Of a stretch of DNA of 51,350 nt, positions 26,404-35,991 are shown piece by piece. The translations under genes were made by a program, and so were the position numbers. Source of the DNA: a virus (lineage: Duplodnaviria > Heunggongvirae > Uroviricota > Caudoviricetes); IMG/VR virus record IMGVR_UViG_2690315831_000003, one strand, 5' to 3'. Every line of letters starts with the position of its first letter. Position 1 is the first letter of the stretch. The notes under the pieces were generated by a model, which was given only the letters and a program-made list of their open reading frames with translations, was not told the origin of the DNA and did not search any database.

Positions 26404-26949
26404 ATGAAATATTCTACCGTTGTTAACGGCATTGATTTTCGTGACATGGTTATGGTAGTGGGAGGCTCTGTCCTGACCACGAGTATTAAAGTGGCGGAAT
26501 TTTTTGGTAAGAGTCATAAGAACGTATTAAGAAAGATCAGGCAAACCATTTCTGAATGTCCTGATGATTTTGCCCGGCTCAATTTTGAGCCTACTGATTT
26601 TATTGATAAAAATGGTGATGTCCAGCCAATGTTTAACATGACGAAAGACGGTTACATGCTGGTCGTTATGGGGTTTACTGGTAAGACTGCGATGCAAATA
26701 AAGGTTACGTACATCCAGGCTTTCAACTGGATGGCAGAACTTATCATGCAGGGAAAAACACACCTGGAAGCTGAGAGAAATGCAGTCATGCTGGAATACA
26801 TGAAAGAGAAAGATGTCGCCAGTATGTCAGGTCGCTTGCTCAATCGCTGGGGCAGGGTGAAGAAGCCTCAGTTGCTGGCAAGGCTGGACAGGCTGGAGCA
26901 GCAGGGGCAGATTGCGTTACCCGGATTTGATAAAGGCATTTCAGCCTGA
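26404..26949 (+). CDS. Rha-family phage regulatory protein (antirepressor-like)
   Basis: N-terminal segment typical of Rha domain (VVNGIDFRDMV...); ATG 26404. Confidence 0.6.
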   Translation: MKYSTVVNGIDFRDMVMVVGGSVLTTSIKVAEFFGKSHKNVLRKIRQTISECPDDFARLNFEPTDFIDKNGDVQPMFNMTKDGYMLVVMGFTGKTAMQIKVTYIQAFNWMAELIMQGKTHLEAERNAVMLEYMKEKDVASMSGRLLNRWGRVKKPQLLARLDRLEQQGQIALPGFDKGISA

Positions 26950-27279
26950 CATAACTATGCGCCGTATCGTCGCCGTATTCCTGCATTAACAGAGACCGCA
27001 GCCCGACCGGGAGACTCCTCTGCGCGAGTGTGCGGGGATAATCAAAAACGATACACACCGGGGTTTACCGCGTTAACGGAGCGCGGCGTTGTCCCCTCAT
27101 GGTCGCTGGTCCGGTGCGATGGTGGAAGAAACCGGACGATGTGTTACCTCGCAAGCTCTGTTATGTCATGTGTCTGATTTGTGATTTAAGTCGGATAATT
27201 GTCGTTGCCATTAAGCAGAGGATTGATGACCGACAGGGTGGCATTGTTAGAATAAGACTTATTCTTATCTGTGCCGGGA

Positions 27280-27612
27280 ATGAAAATGAAAAGAAATCTT
27301 CCGTTAATTATTTTGTTGTCTTCTCTGGTTATGGGCTGTACGCAACATAAAACAGATATGCCCCGACAGTTGGTTAAGGCATTACCACAATATCCGGCCT
27401 ATGCAGCGGCAAATTATATAAAGGGACGGGTTGATGTGAAGTTTGATATTGGTGCTGATGGTACTGTCACCCGAATTGAGTTTATCCGTTCAGAGCCGCA
27501 CCATCTGTTTGATGAGCAGGTTGTAAAGGCGATGGCAAAATGGCGATTTGAGAAGGACAGGCCGCGTAAAGGCATGAAGAAAACGTTTATCTTTAGTCCT
27601 TCTGCACCCTGA
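27280..27612 (+). CDS. Lipoprotein with TonB C-terminal domain
   Basis: Lipobox LVMGC; PQYPAYAAANYIKGRVDVKFDIGADGTVTRIEFIRSEPHHLFDEQVVKAMAKWRFE parallels recalled E. coli TonB C-terminus; 17-bp palindrome just upstream. Confidence 0.75.
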   Translation: MKMKRNLPLIILLSSLVMGCTQHKTDMPRQLVKALPQYPAYAAANYIKGRVDVKFDIGADGTVTRIEFIRSEPHHLFDEQVVKAMAKWRFEKDRPRKGMKKTFIFSPSAP

Positions 27613-27743
27613 TTATTTCATCAGAAATTAATTATCACTCTGTTGTTATTCTGTACATCCCGGCTGGGTAAGTCTTGTTCCGCCGGGTATGAAGATGAAA
27701 TATTGTTGGAGGACAGTGGGTACCTGCTCCTGTAACCGAACGT

Positions 27744-27944
27744 TCATTTCTCGTTATTTGTCATGCTGGCCGGACGCAGATGCGTTGCATCTGTTGCCAG
27801 CCTTCTCCTGCAGGCTTCAATAACCCACGCTGAAAAGTTACCGGACCCTTTATGCTCAAGGGCGATGTTGATCTGTTCAATCATGTGATTGGGGAAACGG
27901 ATATTGCGGGTTGTGGTTCTACGGGTCCGGTTTTTCGATGACAT
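27744..27944 (-). CDS. YlcI/YnfO-like small protein
   Basis: Start MSSKNRTRRTTTRNIRFPNHMIEQINIALEHKG; 66 aa. Confidence 0.45.
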   Translation of the reverse strand: MSSKNRTRRTTTRNIRFPNHMIEQINIALEHKGSGNFSAWVIEACRRRLATDATHLRPASMTNNEK

Positions 27945-27985
27945 ATTTATTTCCTTTACTGATTGCCATATGACGGGGATTTTAC

Positions 27986-28351
27986 ATGGCTGAGCTTCGT
28001 ACACTCCAGAGCAGAATCAAAACACTGAATACCCGACGGGTGAATATTCTGAAGGGTGAACAGCGTCGTGTCAGTGGCAGTGCACGTGTTTCCCTCAAGC
28101 GTCATATCTGGCTCAGGGATGCCGGGCAGTGCTGTCTCTGTGGTCGTGTGGTTGACCTCTGTGACAGTGAACTCGATCACCGAATTGCACTTCAGTTCGG
28201 TGGTGGTAATGAGGAGACGAATCTCTGGACGCTCTGTACCGAATGCCATCGACAAAAGTCTGCTCGTGAAGCGGCGGGTGGTATGCCGGACCCGACGCTG
28301 CCGGAGGTGTCCGGAGGTAGTGACAGAGCGGACGACATCATCGGACTGTAA
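27986..28351 (+). CDS. HNH endonuclease (terminase-associated)
   Basis: Cys-rich HNH core (CCLCG...DHRIALQFGG...CTECH); immediately upstream of terminase genes. Confidence 0.8.
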   Translation: MAELRTLQSRIKTLNTRRVNILKGEQRRVSGSARVSLKRHIWLRDAGQCCLCGRVVDLCDSELDHRIALQFGGGNEETNLWTLCTECHRQKSAREAAGGMPDPTLPEVSGGSDRADDIIGL

Positions 28352-28429
28352 CCCGACCCGGGGGGGTATCATCCGGCGTAAAAAACGATCGCTTTGGACA
28401 CCGCGCCCCCTCTCACGCAGAGAAAAAAT

Positions 28430-28572
28430 TCCCGTTTCAGGGCAGTTAACATGTTAACTGGCTGTCCGGGCATTTTTTCGGTTTTTATCTTTATTATTCA
28501 GTTTGTTGCGTGGAAAAAATGTTAACAGGCTTTTTCAGCAAATGTTAACCTGGCAGCAGTTAACATTTGCGG
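28430..28572. repeat. Cluster of GTTAAC-containing repeats upstream of terS (candidate cos/terminase recognition region)
   Basis: At least five (T)GTTAAC(A) motifs within about 140 bp between HNH and terS. Confidence 0.45.
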
Positions 28573-28639
28573 CATGAGACGCCGGGAAAAATGGCTGAAC
28601 CATACCCGGCTGAGTGCGTTCTGGACCCGGGAGGAGGCT

Positions 28640-29203
28640 GTGCTGACAACGCAAAAACGAAAATTTGCGCTGGCGCTCATGTCCGGGAAAAACAAAACAG
28701 CGTCAGCCATTGCCGCCGGTTATTCGGCGAAGACAGCCAGGGTTAAAGGCTCGCAGCTGGCAAAAGATCCGGAGGTGCTTGCGTTTATAGCCCGTAAACA
28801 GTGCGAGACGGTGGAGGTGGATGAGGTTCCTGTTTACCGGCAGAAAAAATCAGAGCAGGAGGATAAACCCCGTCGCCGTGAGGCGGCTGCAATACCACAG
28901 CCGGACGAAACAAATCCGGAGATGCCACCGCCCGTGGTGATATCTCCTGGTATTGAGTATATGGAGGACGGTCTTCCCGATCCGGTGAAAGCGATGGGGC
29001 GTCTTCTGGTGGAGAACATTAATACCGACCCCAGGCTGGCGCTGGATGCGGCTTATAAGCTGGCGCAGTTCACGCACCACAAAAAAGGGGATGCCGGTAA
29101 AAAATCGGCAAAAGGTGACGCGGCGAAAAAAGCGGCTAACCGTTTTGCGGTGCCACCACCACCCCGACTGGTGGTGAATAATGATAATGAGGGCAACGGA
29201 TGA
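28640..29203 (+). CDS. Terminase small subunit
   Basis: GAGGAGG before GTG 28640 (track ATG 28574 is the alternative); N-terminal HTH; stop overlaps terL start. Confidence 0.7.
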   Translation: MLTTQKRKFALALMSGKNKTASAIAAGYSAKTARVKGSQLAKDPEVLAFIARKQCETVEVDEVPVYRQKKSEQEDKPRRREAAAIPQPDETNPEMPPPVVISPGIEYMEDGLPDPVKAMGRLLVENINTDPRLALDAAYKLAQFTHHKKGDAGKKSAKGDAAKKAANRFAVPPPPRLVVNNDNEGNG

Positions 29204-30861
29204 TACCTGTGTGGAGCACGGCCTGCCCGGACTGGGCAGAGCGCCTGAAAAAGGGGCTGTCGATTATTCCGGCCCCGATTTATCCGGATCAGGCTGCACA
29301 TGCACTGGCGATTTTTAAACAACTGCGGATTGTGGATGCACCGGGCAGCCCGACGTTCGGGGAGTCCTGCGCACAGTGGGTGTTTGACCTGGTGGCGACC
29401 CTGTTTGGCTCCTACGATGCGCAGACCGGTGTACGCCATATCAAGGAAGTTTTTATCCTTATCCCGAAAAAAAACAGCAAGTCCACGCTGGCTGCCGGGA
29501 TCATGATGACGGCGCTGTTACTGAACTGGCGGCAGGCGGCGGGCTACACCATTCTGGCCCCGACCGTGGAGGTGGCGGCTAACGCCTTTAATCCTGCGCG
29601 GGATATGGTCAGACGTGACGATGATCTGGATGACCTCTGCCAGGTACAGACACATATCCGGACCATCACCCACAGGGTGACGGACACTACCCTTAAGGTG
29701 GTGGCAGCCGATCCGAATACGGTGTCCGGTATCAAGTCCGTGGGGACACTGATTGATGAACTGTGGCTGTTTGGCAAGCAGTACAAAGCGGAAGACATGT
29801 TACGTGAAGCCATCGGCGGGCTTGCCTCCCGTCCGGAAGGATTTGTGGTGTACACAACCACCCAGTCGAATGAGCCGCCAGCCGGGGTGTTCAGACAGAA
29901 ACTGCAGTACGCCCGGGATGTCCGTGACGGCAAAATTCATGATCCGCACTTTCTGCCGGTGATATTTGAACACCCTCCTGAAATGGTGGAAAGCGGGGCT
30001 CACCTGCTGATGGAAAACCTCGCCATGGTCAATCCGAATCTCGGTTATTCGGTGGATGAGGCTTTTCTGTACCGGGAGTACCGTAAAGCCCGGGAGGCTG
30101 GTGAGGAAGCATTTCGTGGCTTCATGTCAAAACATGCCAATGTGGAAATTGGTCTTGCCCTGCGTTCTGACCGCTGGGCGGGTGCGGATTTCTGGGAGCA
30201 GCAGGGCAGGCGCGTCAGCCTGGACGATATCCTGCAGCGCGCTGATGTGGTGACGGTGGGGATTGACGGCGGGGGCCTGGATGATCTGCTGGGAATGTAC
30301 GTGATTGGCCGTGACAGGGAAACCCGCGAATGGCTGGGCTGGGGCCATGCCTGGGCGCATGAAACCGCGGTGGTCAGACGGAAGAGTGAGGCATCCCGGT
30401 TTCAGGATTTTGTGGCCTGTGGAGACATGACGATTGTCCGTCGGGTCGGGGATGACACGGCGGAAGTGGCGGAGTATGTGCGTCGTATTCATGAGGCTGA
30501 GTTACTGGAGCATATCGGTATTGACCCGTCAGGTGTGGGGCAGATTCTGGATTCACTGGCGGAAGCCGGGATCCCCGACGGAATTGTTGTGGGGATAAGC
30601 CAGGGCTGGAAGCTGGGCGGGGCCATAAAAACCACCGAGCGCAAACTGGCTGAGGGAGTGCTGGTGCATGGTGGTCAGCCACTGATGGCCTGGTGCGTTG
30701 GCAATGCCCGGGTGGAGCCGAAAGGTAACGCCATCCTTATTACCAAACAGGCCAGCGGACGGGGGAAAATTGACCCGCTGATGGCGCTCTTCAATGCGGT
30801 ATCCCTGATGTCCCTGAATCCGGAGCCGAAAAAGAAAGAATATGCGGTTTTTTTCATATAA
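29200..30861 (+). CDS. Terminase large subunit
   Basis: 553 aa, overlapping terS stop (ATGA), in the packaging module. Confidence 0.85.
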   Translation: MIPVWSTACPDWAERLKKGLSIIPAPIYPDQAAHALAIFKQLRIVDAPGSPTFGESCAQWVFDLVATLFGSYDAQTGVRHIKEVFILIPKKNSKSTLAAGIMMTALLLNWRQAAGYTILAPTVEVAANAFNPARDMVRRDDDLDDLCQVQTHIRTITHRVTDTTLKVVAADPNTVSGIKSVGTLIDELWLFGKQYKAEDMLREAIGGLASRPEGFVVYTTTQSNEPPAGVFRQKLQYARDVRDGKIHDPHFLPVIFEHPPEMVESGAHLLMENLAMVNPNLGYSVDEAFLYREYRKAREAGEEAFRGFMSKHANVEIGLALRSDRWAGADFWEQQGRRVSLDDILQRADVVTVGIDGGGLDDLLGMYVIGRDRETREWLGWGHAWAHETAVVRRKSEASRFQDFVACGDMTIVRRVGDDTAEVAEYVRRIHEAELLEHIGIDPSGVGQILDSLAEAGIPDGIVVGISQGWKLGGAIKTTERKLAEGVLVHGGQPLMAWCVGNARVEPKGNAILITKQASGRGKIDPLMALFNAVSLMSLNPEPKKKEYAVFFI

Positions 30862-30924
30862 CCCTGTTCACCCTGTAACCATCATGGACCGCTGCGGCGG
30901 TTTTTTTATTTTCAGGAGGTTGAT

Positions 30925-32862
30925 GTGACTCTTAAACGGGCCTGCTCCCTGCTGACGGTGAAATCCTTCAGTGAGGATGAGCGGGTGATCACCGGGATTG
31001 CGTCAACGCCTTCTCCGGATCGGGATGGTGACATCCTGGAGCCGGAGGGCGCGGAGTTTGGCAGTGCGATCCCGTTTCTCTGGCAGCATGACCATTCCCG
31101 CCCGGTGGGGCAGTGTACGGTGCGCCGGGTCAGCGAAGGGCTGGAAATCACGGCAACACTGGCGAAGCCCGTGCCGGATATGCCATCGCAACTGGCTGCC
31201 AGGCTGGATGAGGCCTGGGCGGCCATTAAGACCGGGCTGGTCAGGGGGCTGTCCGTGGGCTTCCGTCCTCATGAATACACCTTTCTGGACGGAGGCGGAC
31301 TGCATTTTCTGCGCTGGGAGCTGATGGAGGTGTCTGCCGTCACCGTGCCCGCGAATGCGGAATGCACCATCCGGACCATTAAATCTTACGACCGCCAGTT
31401 TTCTGCCGCGTCCGGCAACCGGAAACCGGTGGTGAAAATCGCATCTTCTGCCGGCGCTGCGGCACAGTCAACAACCGTTTTTCATAAGGAAAAGACCATA
31501 ATGAATATTGGCGAACAGATTAAAAGTTTTGAAAACAAGCGTGCAGCACTGGCAGCCTCCCTTGAGGAGGTCATGACCAAAGCCGCAGAGGAAGGGCGAA
31601 CGCTGGATGTGGAGGAGGAAGAGCATTACGACAACACCGCAGCGGAAATACGTCAGGTGGATGCGCACCTGAAGCGCCTGCGTGAACTGGAAGCCGGTAA
31701 GGCCGCCACGGCGCAGCCGGTGAAACAGGCCGGTAACGGGAATGTGGCCGCGGTGGCTTCTGCGCCGGTGATCCGTGTGGAGCAGAAACTGGATAAGGGG
31801 ATTGGTTTCGCACGTTTTGCCAAATCGCTGGCTGCGGCTAAAGGTGTCCGCTCTGAAGCCCTGGAAGTGGCCCGTCGTCAGTATCCGGATGACAGTCGTC
31901 TGCATCATGTCCTGAAATCGGCAGTGGGCGCGGGGACCACCACGGATCCGCAGTGGGCAGGCAGCCTGTCTGAATATCAGGAATACGCACAGGACTTTAT
32001 TGATTACCTGCGTCCTCAGACCATTATCGGGCGATTTGGTCAGGGCGGGATCCCTGCACTTCGTCAGGTGCCGTTCAATATCCGTGTGCACGCCCAGGTG
32101 TCGGGCGGTGCTGCCGGCTGGGTGGGGGAGGGTAAGGCAAAACCCCTGACGAAGTTTGATTTTGAATCCATCACCTTCAGTCATGCGAAGGTGTCGGCCA
32201 TTGCGGTACTGACGGAAGAATTGATCCGTTTTTCCAGTCCGGCTGCTGATGCACTGGTCCGTAATGCGCTGGCGGAAGCGGTGGTGGCGCGTCTGGATAC
32301 AGACTTTGTGGACCCGAAAAAAGCGGCGGTGGCAGATGTCTCCCCGGCGTCCATCACCCATGATGTGAAGGGCACGGCCTCAAGCGGTAACCCGGATGCG
32401 GATGCAGAGGCGGCGTTTGGACAGTTTGTTGCAGCAAACCTGCAGCCCACCGGTGCGGTCTGGCTGATGTCCAGCACCAATGCTCTGGCGCTGTCCATGC
32501 GTAAAAATGCGCTGGGTCAGAAAGAATACCCGGACATGACCCTGCTGGGTGGCTCCTTCCAGGGGCTGCCGGTGATTGTCTCCCAGTACGTGGGTGACCA
32601 GCTGGTGCTGGTGAATGCCCCGGATATTTATCTGGCGGATGACGGCGGCGTGGCAGTGGATATGTCCCGCGAGGCATCACTGGAAATGCAGTCTGAGCCG
32701 ACCGGCGACAGTACCACGCCGTCGCCGGTGGAGCTGGTTTCCATGTTCCAGACAGGCAGCGTGGCCATCCGTGCGGAGCGCTGGATCAACTGGCGTCGTC
32801 GCCGTACCGCGGCGGTGGCGGTGATCACCGGAGTGAACTATGGCAGTGCGTCCGGCGGCTGA
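30925..32862 (+). CDS. HK97-family prohead protease fused to major capsid protein
   Basis: 645 aa; N-terminal region with protease-like segments GIASTPSPDRDGDI and WQHDHSRPVG, coiled-coil linker, C-terminal capsid-like domain; AGGAGG before GTG. Confidence 0.75.
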   Translation: MTLKRACSLLTVKSFSEDERVITGIASTPSPDRDGDILEPEGAEFGSAIPFLWQHDHSRPVGQCTVRRVSEGLEITATLAKPVPDMPSQLAARLDEAWAAIKTGLVRGLSVGFRPHEYTFLDGGGLHFLRWELMEVSAVTVPANAECTIRTIKSYDRQFSAASGNRKPVVKIASSAGAAAQSTTVFHKEKTIMNIGEQIKSFENKRAALAASLEEVMTKAAEEGRTLDVEEEEHYDNTAAEIRQVDAHLKRLRELEAGKAATAQPVKQAGNGNVAAVASAPVIRVEQKLDKGIGFARFAKSLAAAKGVRSEALEVARRQYPDDSRLHHVLKSAVGAGTTTDPQWAGSLSEYQEYAQDFIDYLRPQTIIGRFGQGGIPALRQVPFNIRVHAQVSGGAAGWVGEGKAKPLTKFDFESITFSHAKVSAIAVLTEELIRFSSPAADALVRNALAEAVVARLDTDFVDPKKAAVADVSPASITHDVKGTASSGNPDADAEAAFGQFVAANLQPTGAVWLMSSTNALALSMRKNALGQKEYPDMTLLGGSFQGLPVIVSQYVGDQLVLVNAPDIYLADDGGVAVDMSREASLEMQSEPTGDSTTPSPVELVSMFQTGSVAIRAERWINWRRRRTAAVAVITGVNYGSASGG

Positions 32863-32906
32863 GTCTGATAAGGAGGACGGGAGGCGTGTGCCTCCCGTAA
32901 CAGGTT

Positions 32907-33128
32907 ATGGCAAAGATCCGATATCTGCAGGGCACGCATGATGCCCGGGCCGGGGATATCCGTGATGTGGCACAGCCGTGTGCGGAGGTGCTGGTTCGCC
33001 TGGGAAAGGCGGAGTACATCACGGTGCGACGTCCGGCAGGTCAGAAAAAGAAACGTGATGCGGAGCATGGCGAATGTGGAACCTTTTACGGCGAACCCGA
33101 AAAAACCAGAAATCAGGACGTGACGTAA
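32907..33128 (+). CDS. Possible small protein between capsid and portal genes
   Basis: 73-aa ORF preceded by AGGAGG and a hairpin; overlaps the portal start. Confidence 0.3.
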   Translation: MAKIRYLQGTHDARAGDIRDVAQPCAEVLVRLGKAEYITVRRPAGQKKKRDAEHGECGTFYGEPEKTRNQDVT

Positions 33129-35659
33129 GAGAGGCGGGCTGGACCAGCCTGTTTCAGGCGGTGGCTGAGCCCTTTTCCGGCGCCTGGCAGCAGGGCGTGA
33201 AAGCCGATCCTGAAGCCGTCCTCTCCTTTCATGCGGTGTTTGCATGTATTTCGCTGATATCCCAGGATATCGCCAAAATGCGGCTGCGTCTTATGCAGAC
33301 GGATGCGCATGGGATACGCAGGGAAACGCGCCGGGGGGATATTGCCCGCCTCTGTCGTCGCCCCAATGCGCAGCAGAACCGCATTCAGTTTTTTGAACTG
33401 TGGCTGAACGCCAAACTGCGTCACGGCAATACGGTGGTGCTGAAAATCCGTAATGCCCGGGGGCAGATCAAAGAACTGCGTATTCTGGACTGGAACCGGG
33501 TTGAACCTCTGGTGGCGGATGACGGCGAGGTGTTCTACCGCATCACGCCGGACCGGAACTGTGGGATCACTGAGGCGGTGACGGTGCCTGCCCGGGAAGT
33601 GATCCACGATCGGTTTAACTGTTTTTTTCATCCGCTTATAGGGTTGCCGCCGGTGTATGCCGCCGGGCTGGCGGCCACGCAGGGGCATCATATTCAGGAA
33701 AATTCGACGTCTTTTTTCAGAAATGGCGGCAGGCCGTCCGGGGTGATTGAGATCCCCGGCAGTATTACGGAAGAAAATGCGAAAAAACTGAAGAGCAACT
33801 GGGACAGCGGGTATACAGGCGAAAATGCGGGGAAAACGGCCATTCTGAGCAACGGGGCAAAATACAACCCCACGACGTTTTCACCGGTGGATGCGCAGAC
33901 GGTGGAACAACTGAAGATGACCGCTGAAATTGTCTGTTCGGTGTTCCGTGTCCCGGCCTACAAGATTGGCGTGGGACAACCGCCTTCCAGTGACAATGTG
34001 GAGGCGCTGGAGCAGCAGTATTATTCCCAGTGCCTGCAGACGCTGATTGAGTCCATTGAACTGTTACTGGATGAGGCGCTGGAAACGGGGGAAAACGAGA
34101 GTACGGAATTTGATGTCACCACGCTGCTGAGAATGGACAGTGAGCGGCGCATGAAAACGCTGGGGGATGCGGTGAAAAATACGCTTCTCACGCCCAATGA
34201 GGCCCGTAAACGGGAGAACCTGCCGCCCCTGGCCGGCGGTGATGCACTGTATCTTCAGCAGCAGAACTACAGTCTGGAGGCGCTGTCCCGTCGTGATGCC
34301 CGTGAAGATCCGTTCGCGTCGACCGGGAAAACGGCCTTAGCGCAACCGCCTGACGGCGCATCTGACGGTAATAAGGCAATCAGTGAAACAGAGCATGATG
34401 CGGTGAAAGCGATGTTCAGGGGGGATACTGCGAAAATGACGGAACGGGAACTGTCCATTATCCGTGCGCTGGGTGAAGAATTTTCCGCAGTGCTGGCGGA
34501 TTTACAGCGCACATTTGAGGGGAAAATAGCCGCGCAGGCACAAACGTTTGAAGAAAAACTGGCTTCCCTGTCTGTGGTATTACAGAAGTGCGTGACGGGC
34601 GATGATGTGCGTCCGATGCTTGAGCAGATGGTGAAGGAGGCGGTAAGCCATATCCCTGTTCCGCGTGACGGTCGTGACTACGATCCGGAAGTACTGCAGA
34701 AGGCGGTGAATGACGCGGTCGCAAATATTCCACAGCCAGCGGACGGTAAAAGTCTCACCCCGGATGATGTGCGTCCGATGCTTGAACAGATGGTGAAGGA
34801 GGCGGTAAGCCATATCCCTGTTCCGCGAGATGGTCGTGACTATGATCCCGATGTTCTGCAGAAGGCGGTGAATGATGCGGTCGCAAATATTCCTGTACCG
34901 GCGAACGGTAAAAGTATCACTCCCGATGATGTGCGTCCGATGCTTGAGCAGATGGTGAAGGAGGCGGTAAGCCATATTCCTGTTCCGCGCGACGGTCGTG
35001 ACTATGATCCCGATGTTCTGCAGAAGGCGGTGAATGATGCGGTCGCAAATATTCCGCTGCCGGCAGACGGTAAAAGTATCACCCCGGATGATGTGCATCC
35101 GATGCTTGAACAGATGGTGAAGGAGGCGGTAAGCCATATTCCTGTTCCGCGTGATGGTCGAGACTACGATCCGGATGTTCTGCAGAAGGCGGTTCTGGAT
35201 GCGGTGAGTGCCCTGCCGGCTCCGCAGGACGGGCGTGATGCCACGGCACTGGAAATACTCCCCGCCATTGACGATCAAAAATCCTTTCCCCGGGGCACGT
35301 ATGCCACACACCAGGGCGGACTCTGGCGGGCGTATGAAAAAACGCACGGGATGCGGGGATGGGAATGCCTGGTTGACGGGGTGGCGGATATTGACGTCAG
35401 TATGACGGGGGAACGGTTGTTCTCTGTGGTGGTCCGGCAGAGCAGCGGTCAGCGTACGGAAAAAACATTTTCCCTGCCGGTGATGCTCTACCGCGGTGTG
35501 TTCAGAGCCGGTGAAACCTACCACCCCGGCGATACAGTGACATGGGGGGGCTCGCTGTGGCACTGCAACAGTATGACCGGTGATAAACCCGGAGAAGCTC
35601 ATTCATCAGCCTGGACCCTGGCTGCAAAACGTGGGCGGGATGCAGGAGGCGGAAAATGA
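33074..35659 (+). CDS. Portal protein with C-terminal tandem-repeat extension
   Basis: 861 aa; N-terminal portal-like region (AVFACISLISQDIAKMRLRL); four ~54-aa repeats DDVRPMLEQMVKEAVSHIPVPRDGRDYDP... Confidence 0.75.
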   Translation: MWNLLRRTRKNQKSGRDVREAGWTSLFQAVAEPFSGAWQQGVKADPEAVLSFHAVFACISLISQDIAKMRLRLMQTDAHGIRRETRRGDIARLCRRPNAQQNRIQFFELWLNAKLRHGNTVVLKIRNARGQIKELRILDWNRVEPLVADDGEVFYRITPDRNCGITEAVTVPAREVIHDRFNCFFHPLIGLPPVYAAGLAATQGHHIQENSTSFFRNGGRPSGVIEIPGSITEENAKKLKSNWDSGYTGENAGKTAILSNGAKYNPTTFSPVDAQTVEQLKMTAEIVCSVFRVPAYKIGVGQPPSSDNVEALEQQYYSQCLQTLIESIELLLDEALETGENESTEFDVTTLLRMDSERRMKTLGDAVKNTLLTPNEARKRENLPPLAGGDALYLQQQNYSLEALSRRDAREDPFASTGKTALAQPPDGASDGNKAISETEHDAVKAMFRGDTAKMTERELSIIRALGEEFSAVLADLQRTFEGKIAAQAQTFEEKLASLSVVLQKCVTGDDVRPMLEQMVKEAVSHIPVPRDGRDYDPEVLQKAVNDAVANIPQPADGKSLTPDDVRPMLEQMVKEAVSHIPVPRDGRDYDPDVLQKAVNDAVANIPVPANGKSITPDDVRPMLEQMVKEAVSHIPVPRDGRDYDPDVLQKAVNDAVANIPLPADGKSITPDDVHPMLEQMVKEAVSHIPVPRDGRDYDPDVLQKAVLDAVSALPAPQDGRDATALEILPAIDDQKSFPRGTYATHQGGLWRAYEKTHGMRGWECLVDGVADIDVSMTGERLFSVVVRQSSGQRTEKTFSLPVMLYRGVFRAGETYHPGDTVTWGGSLWHCNSMTGDKPGEAHSSAWTLAAKRGRDAGGGK
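34602..35240 (+). repeat. Four in-frame ~160-bp tandem repeats inside the portal gene
   Basis: Repeat starts at 34602, 34763, 34925, 35078. Confidence 0.8.
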
Positions 35660-35982
35660 CGGCATTACTGACACTGGAAGAGATCAAGGCACATCTGCGT
35701 GTCGACCATGACGCGGATGATGACATGCTGATGGACAAGGTTCGTCAGGCTACCGCCGTGCTGCTGGCCTACATTCAGGGCAGCCGGGATAAAGTGATTC
35801 GTGAGGACGGTGAACTGATCCCGGGCGAGGCATTAACCCGGATGAAGGGGGCTGCCATGCGGCTGACCGGGATGCTGTACCGGAATCCGGATCTTGCGGA
35901 GCGGGAAGAACTGCTTCAGGGGGAGCTGCCGTTTTCTGTTTCCATGCTGATTTACGATTTGCGGTGTCCGACGGTGTTATGA
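35656..35982 (+). CDS. Head-tail connector (gp6-like)
   Basis: 108 aa, coupled to the portal stop; typical size and position. Confidence 0.6.
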   Translation: MTALLTLEEIKAHLRVDHDADDDMLMDKVRQATAVLLAYIQGSRDKVIREDGELIPGEALTRMKGAAMRLTGMLYRNPDLAEREELLQGELPFSVSMLIYDLRCPTVL

Positions 35983-35991
35983 GGAGGGGGA

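Noticed and set aside
31468-32361. Minus-strand 297-aa ORF inside the capsid gene
   Set aside because: Antisense ORF in GC-rich coding DNA; Arg/His/Cys-rich translation typical of spurious frames
34580-35602. Minus-strand 340-aa ORF inside the portal repeat region
   Set aside because: Generated by the tandem repeats in the opposite frame; no start context
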